Virus record (IMG/VR): IMGVR_UViG_3300028025_000097
Reading direction: 5' to 3' (one strand)
Length of the DNA: 64,000 nt
From: a virus
The translations under genes were made by a program, and so were the position numbers. Of the stretch, positions 63,266 to 64,000 are shown piece after piece. Position 1 is the first letter of the stretch. Each line of letters opens with the position of its first letter. The notes below the pieces were generated by a model. The model had not been told where the DNA came from, made no database searches, and worked only from the letters and a program-made list of their open reading frames with translations.

Positions 63266-64000
63266 TTACTCCTTTGTTTTTAAGAAATTCATTCTATTAA
63301 ATTCATATCTATCAGTTAACTTCGTAGGTCTATTATTTATGACTGAAACGAAACCTTCTGGTTTAGTCTTTTGACCGGCGATATGATGTTCGAAATCTGA
63401 TTTACGAGACATGGTATGAACTAGAGTGTTCTTAGCTTTCTGTAAATGATGATGCAATGATAATATGTTACCGAAATGCTCTTTATTTTGATCAACGTGT
63501 TCAGCCGCATCAGAGAACGTCTTTTTCTTTTTTTCTTGCGCTACCAGTGTCTTAACTTTACTTGCTTCTTTTTCACCACGTTCTGATAGATGTTGCTTAT
63601 AACCTTCTACAGAAGGAGCAGTATTGTTTCTTACGGTGCTATTGATATACATCTTAAGATGTGTTTTATGATCATGATCATCCAATACTCCGTAATGCTC
63701 TGGCTTTATTTTCTTAGCCATGGACGATGCGGCTTGAATATGCTTATTAAATTCAGCGGCGTCTTTATCACTAAATGAAGCATGTTCAGGTTTAAAATGC
63801 GAATGAATTACATGAACATCAGGATGCTCATTGAAGTGTGAAAGATCTGCTCCATATTCAGCTTTCATTGAGTCTAGAGTTTTACCATGATAAGCAGTAT
63901 GAATTGCAACACCTATCTTTGAGCGCTTTACCTTTTCGCCTTCAGCGGAATTGCCTGAAGCAGAATATGTGATGGCATTTGGTTTAAAATGTACCTTTCC
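63266..64000 (-). CDS. Conserved T4-like protein (DUF6267-like), 5' end beyond the window
   Basis: The frame stays open from 64000 (GKVHFKPNAITY...IGVAIHT.Y.G) into the tracked ORF; TKPEGFV...KLTDRYEFNRMNF. Confidence 0.7.
   Translation of the reverse strand, partial: GKVHFKPNAITYSASGNSAEGEKVKRSKIGVAIHTAYHGKTLDSMKAEYGADLSHFNEHPDVHVIHSHFKPEHASFSDKDAAEFNKHIQAASSMAKKIKPEHYGVLDDHDHKTHLKMYINSTVRNNTAPSVEGYKQHLSERGEKEASKVKTLVAQEKKKKTFSDAAEHVDQNKEHFGNILSLHHHLQKAKNTLVHTMSRKSDFEHHIAGQKTKPEGFVSVINNRPTKLTDRYEFNRMNFLKTKE

Overview
This is a segment of a large, AT-rich T4-like myophage genome. Gene content and order resemble the cyanophage/alphaproteobacterial T4-like branch; the host is an inference only. 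Positions 1-31 kb (minus strand) are a late tail/baseplate operon: a Gly-rich protein, two repeat-built tail fibres, a split VrlC/DUF4815-type pair, greatly enlarged gp8 and gp7, then gp6, gp25, gp5, a hub-like protein, gp53 and gp48. Positions 31-37.4 kb (plus strand) hold gp4, gp2, a tube protein, gp26, gp51 and two tape-measure-like proteins, one carrying a T4-lysozyme domain. Positions 37.4-54.4 kb (minus) hold replication, transcription and metabolic genes (gp32, gp59, gp33, SleB-type hydrolase, exonuclease, PhoH, RNase H, glycosyltransferase, PMM-like HAD, GIY-YIG, nrdB, nuclease, nrdA, thyX, primase) and six tRNAs. Positions 54.4-64 kb hold spanins, small putative head-internal proteins, Dps and a nucleotidyltransferase. 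The best leads are: a T-TTT-TTT slippery site that would fuse gp26 to a start-less gp51 by -1 frameshift; a 12-bp hairpin overlapping a late-promoter-like box over the GIY-YIG start codon; a tRNA-Ile(UAU) beside a tRNA-Ile(GAU), both with U38; and a cluster of proteins with T4-like capsid-targeting N-termini. All family assignments come from motif recognition by eye, not database searches.
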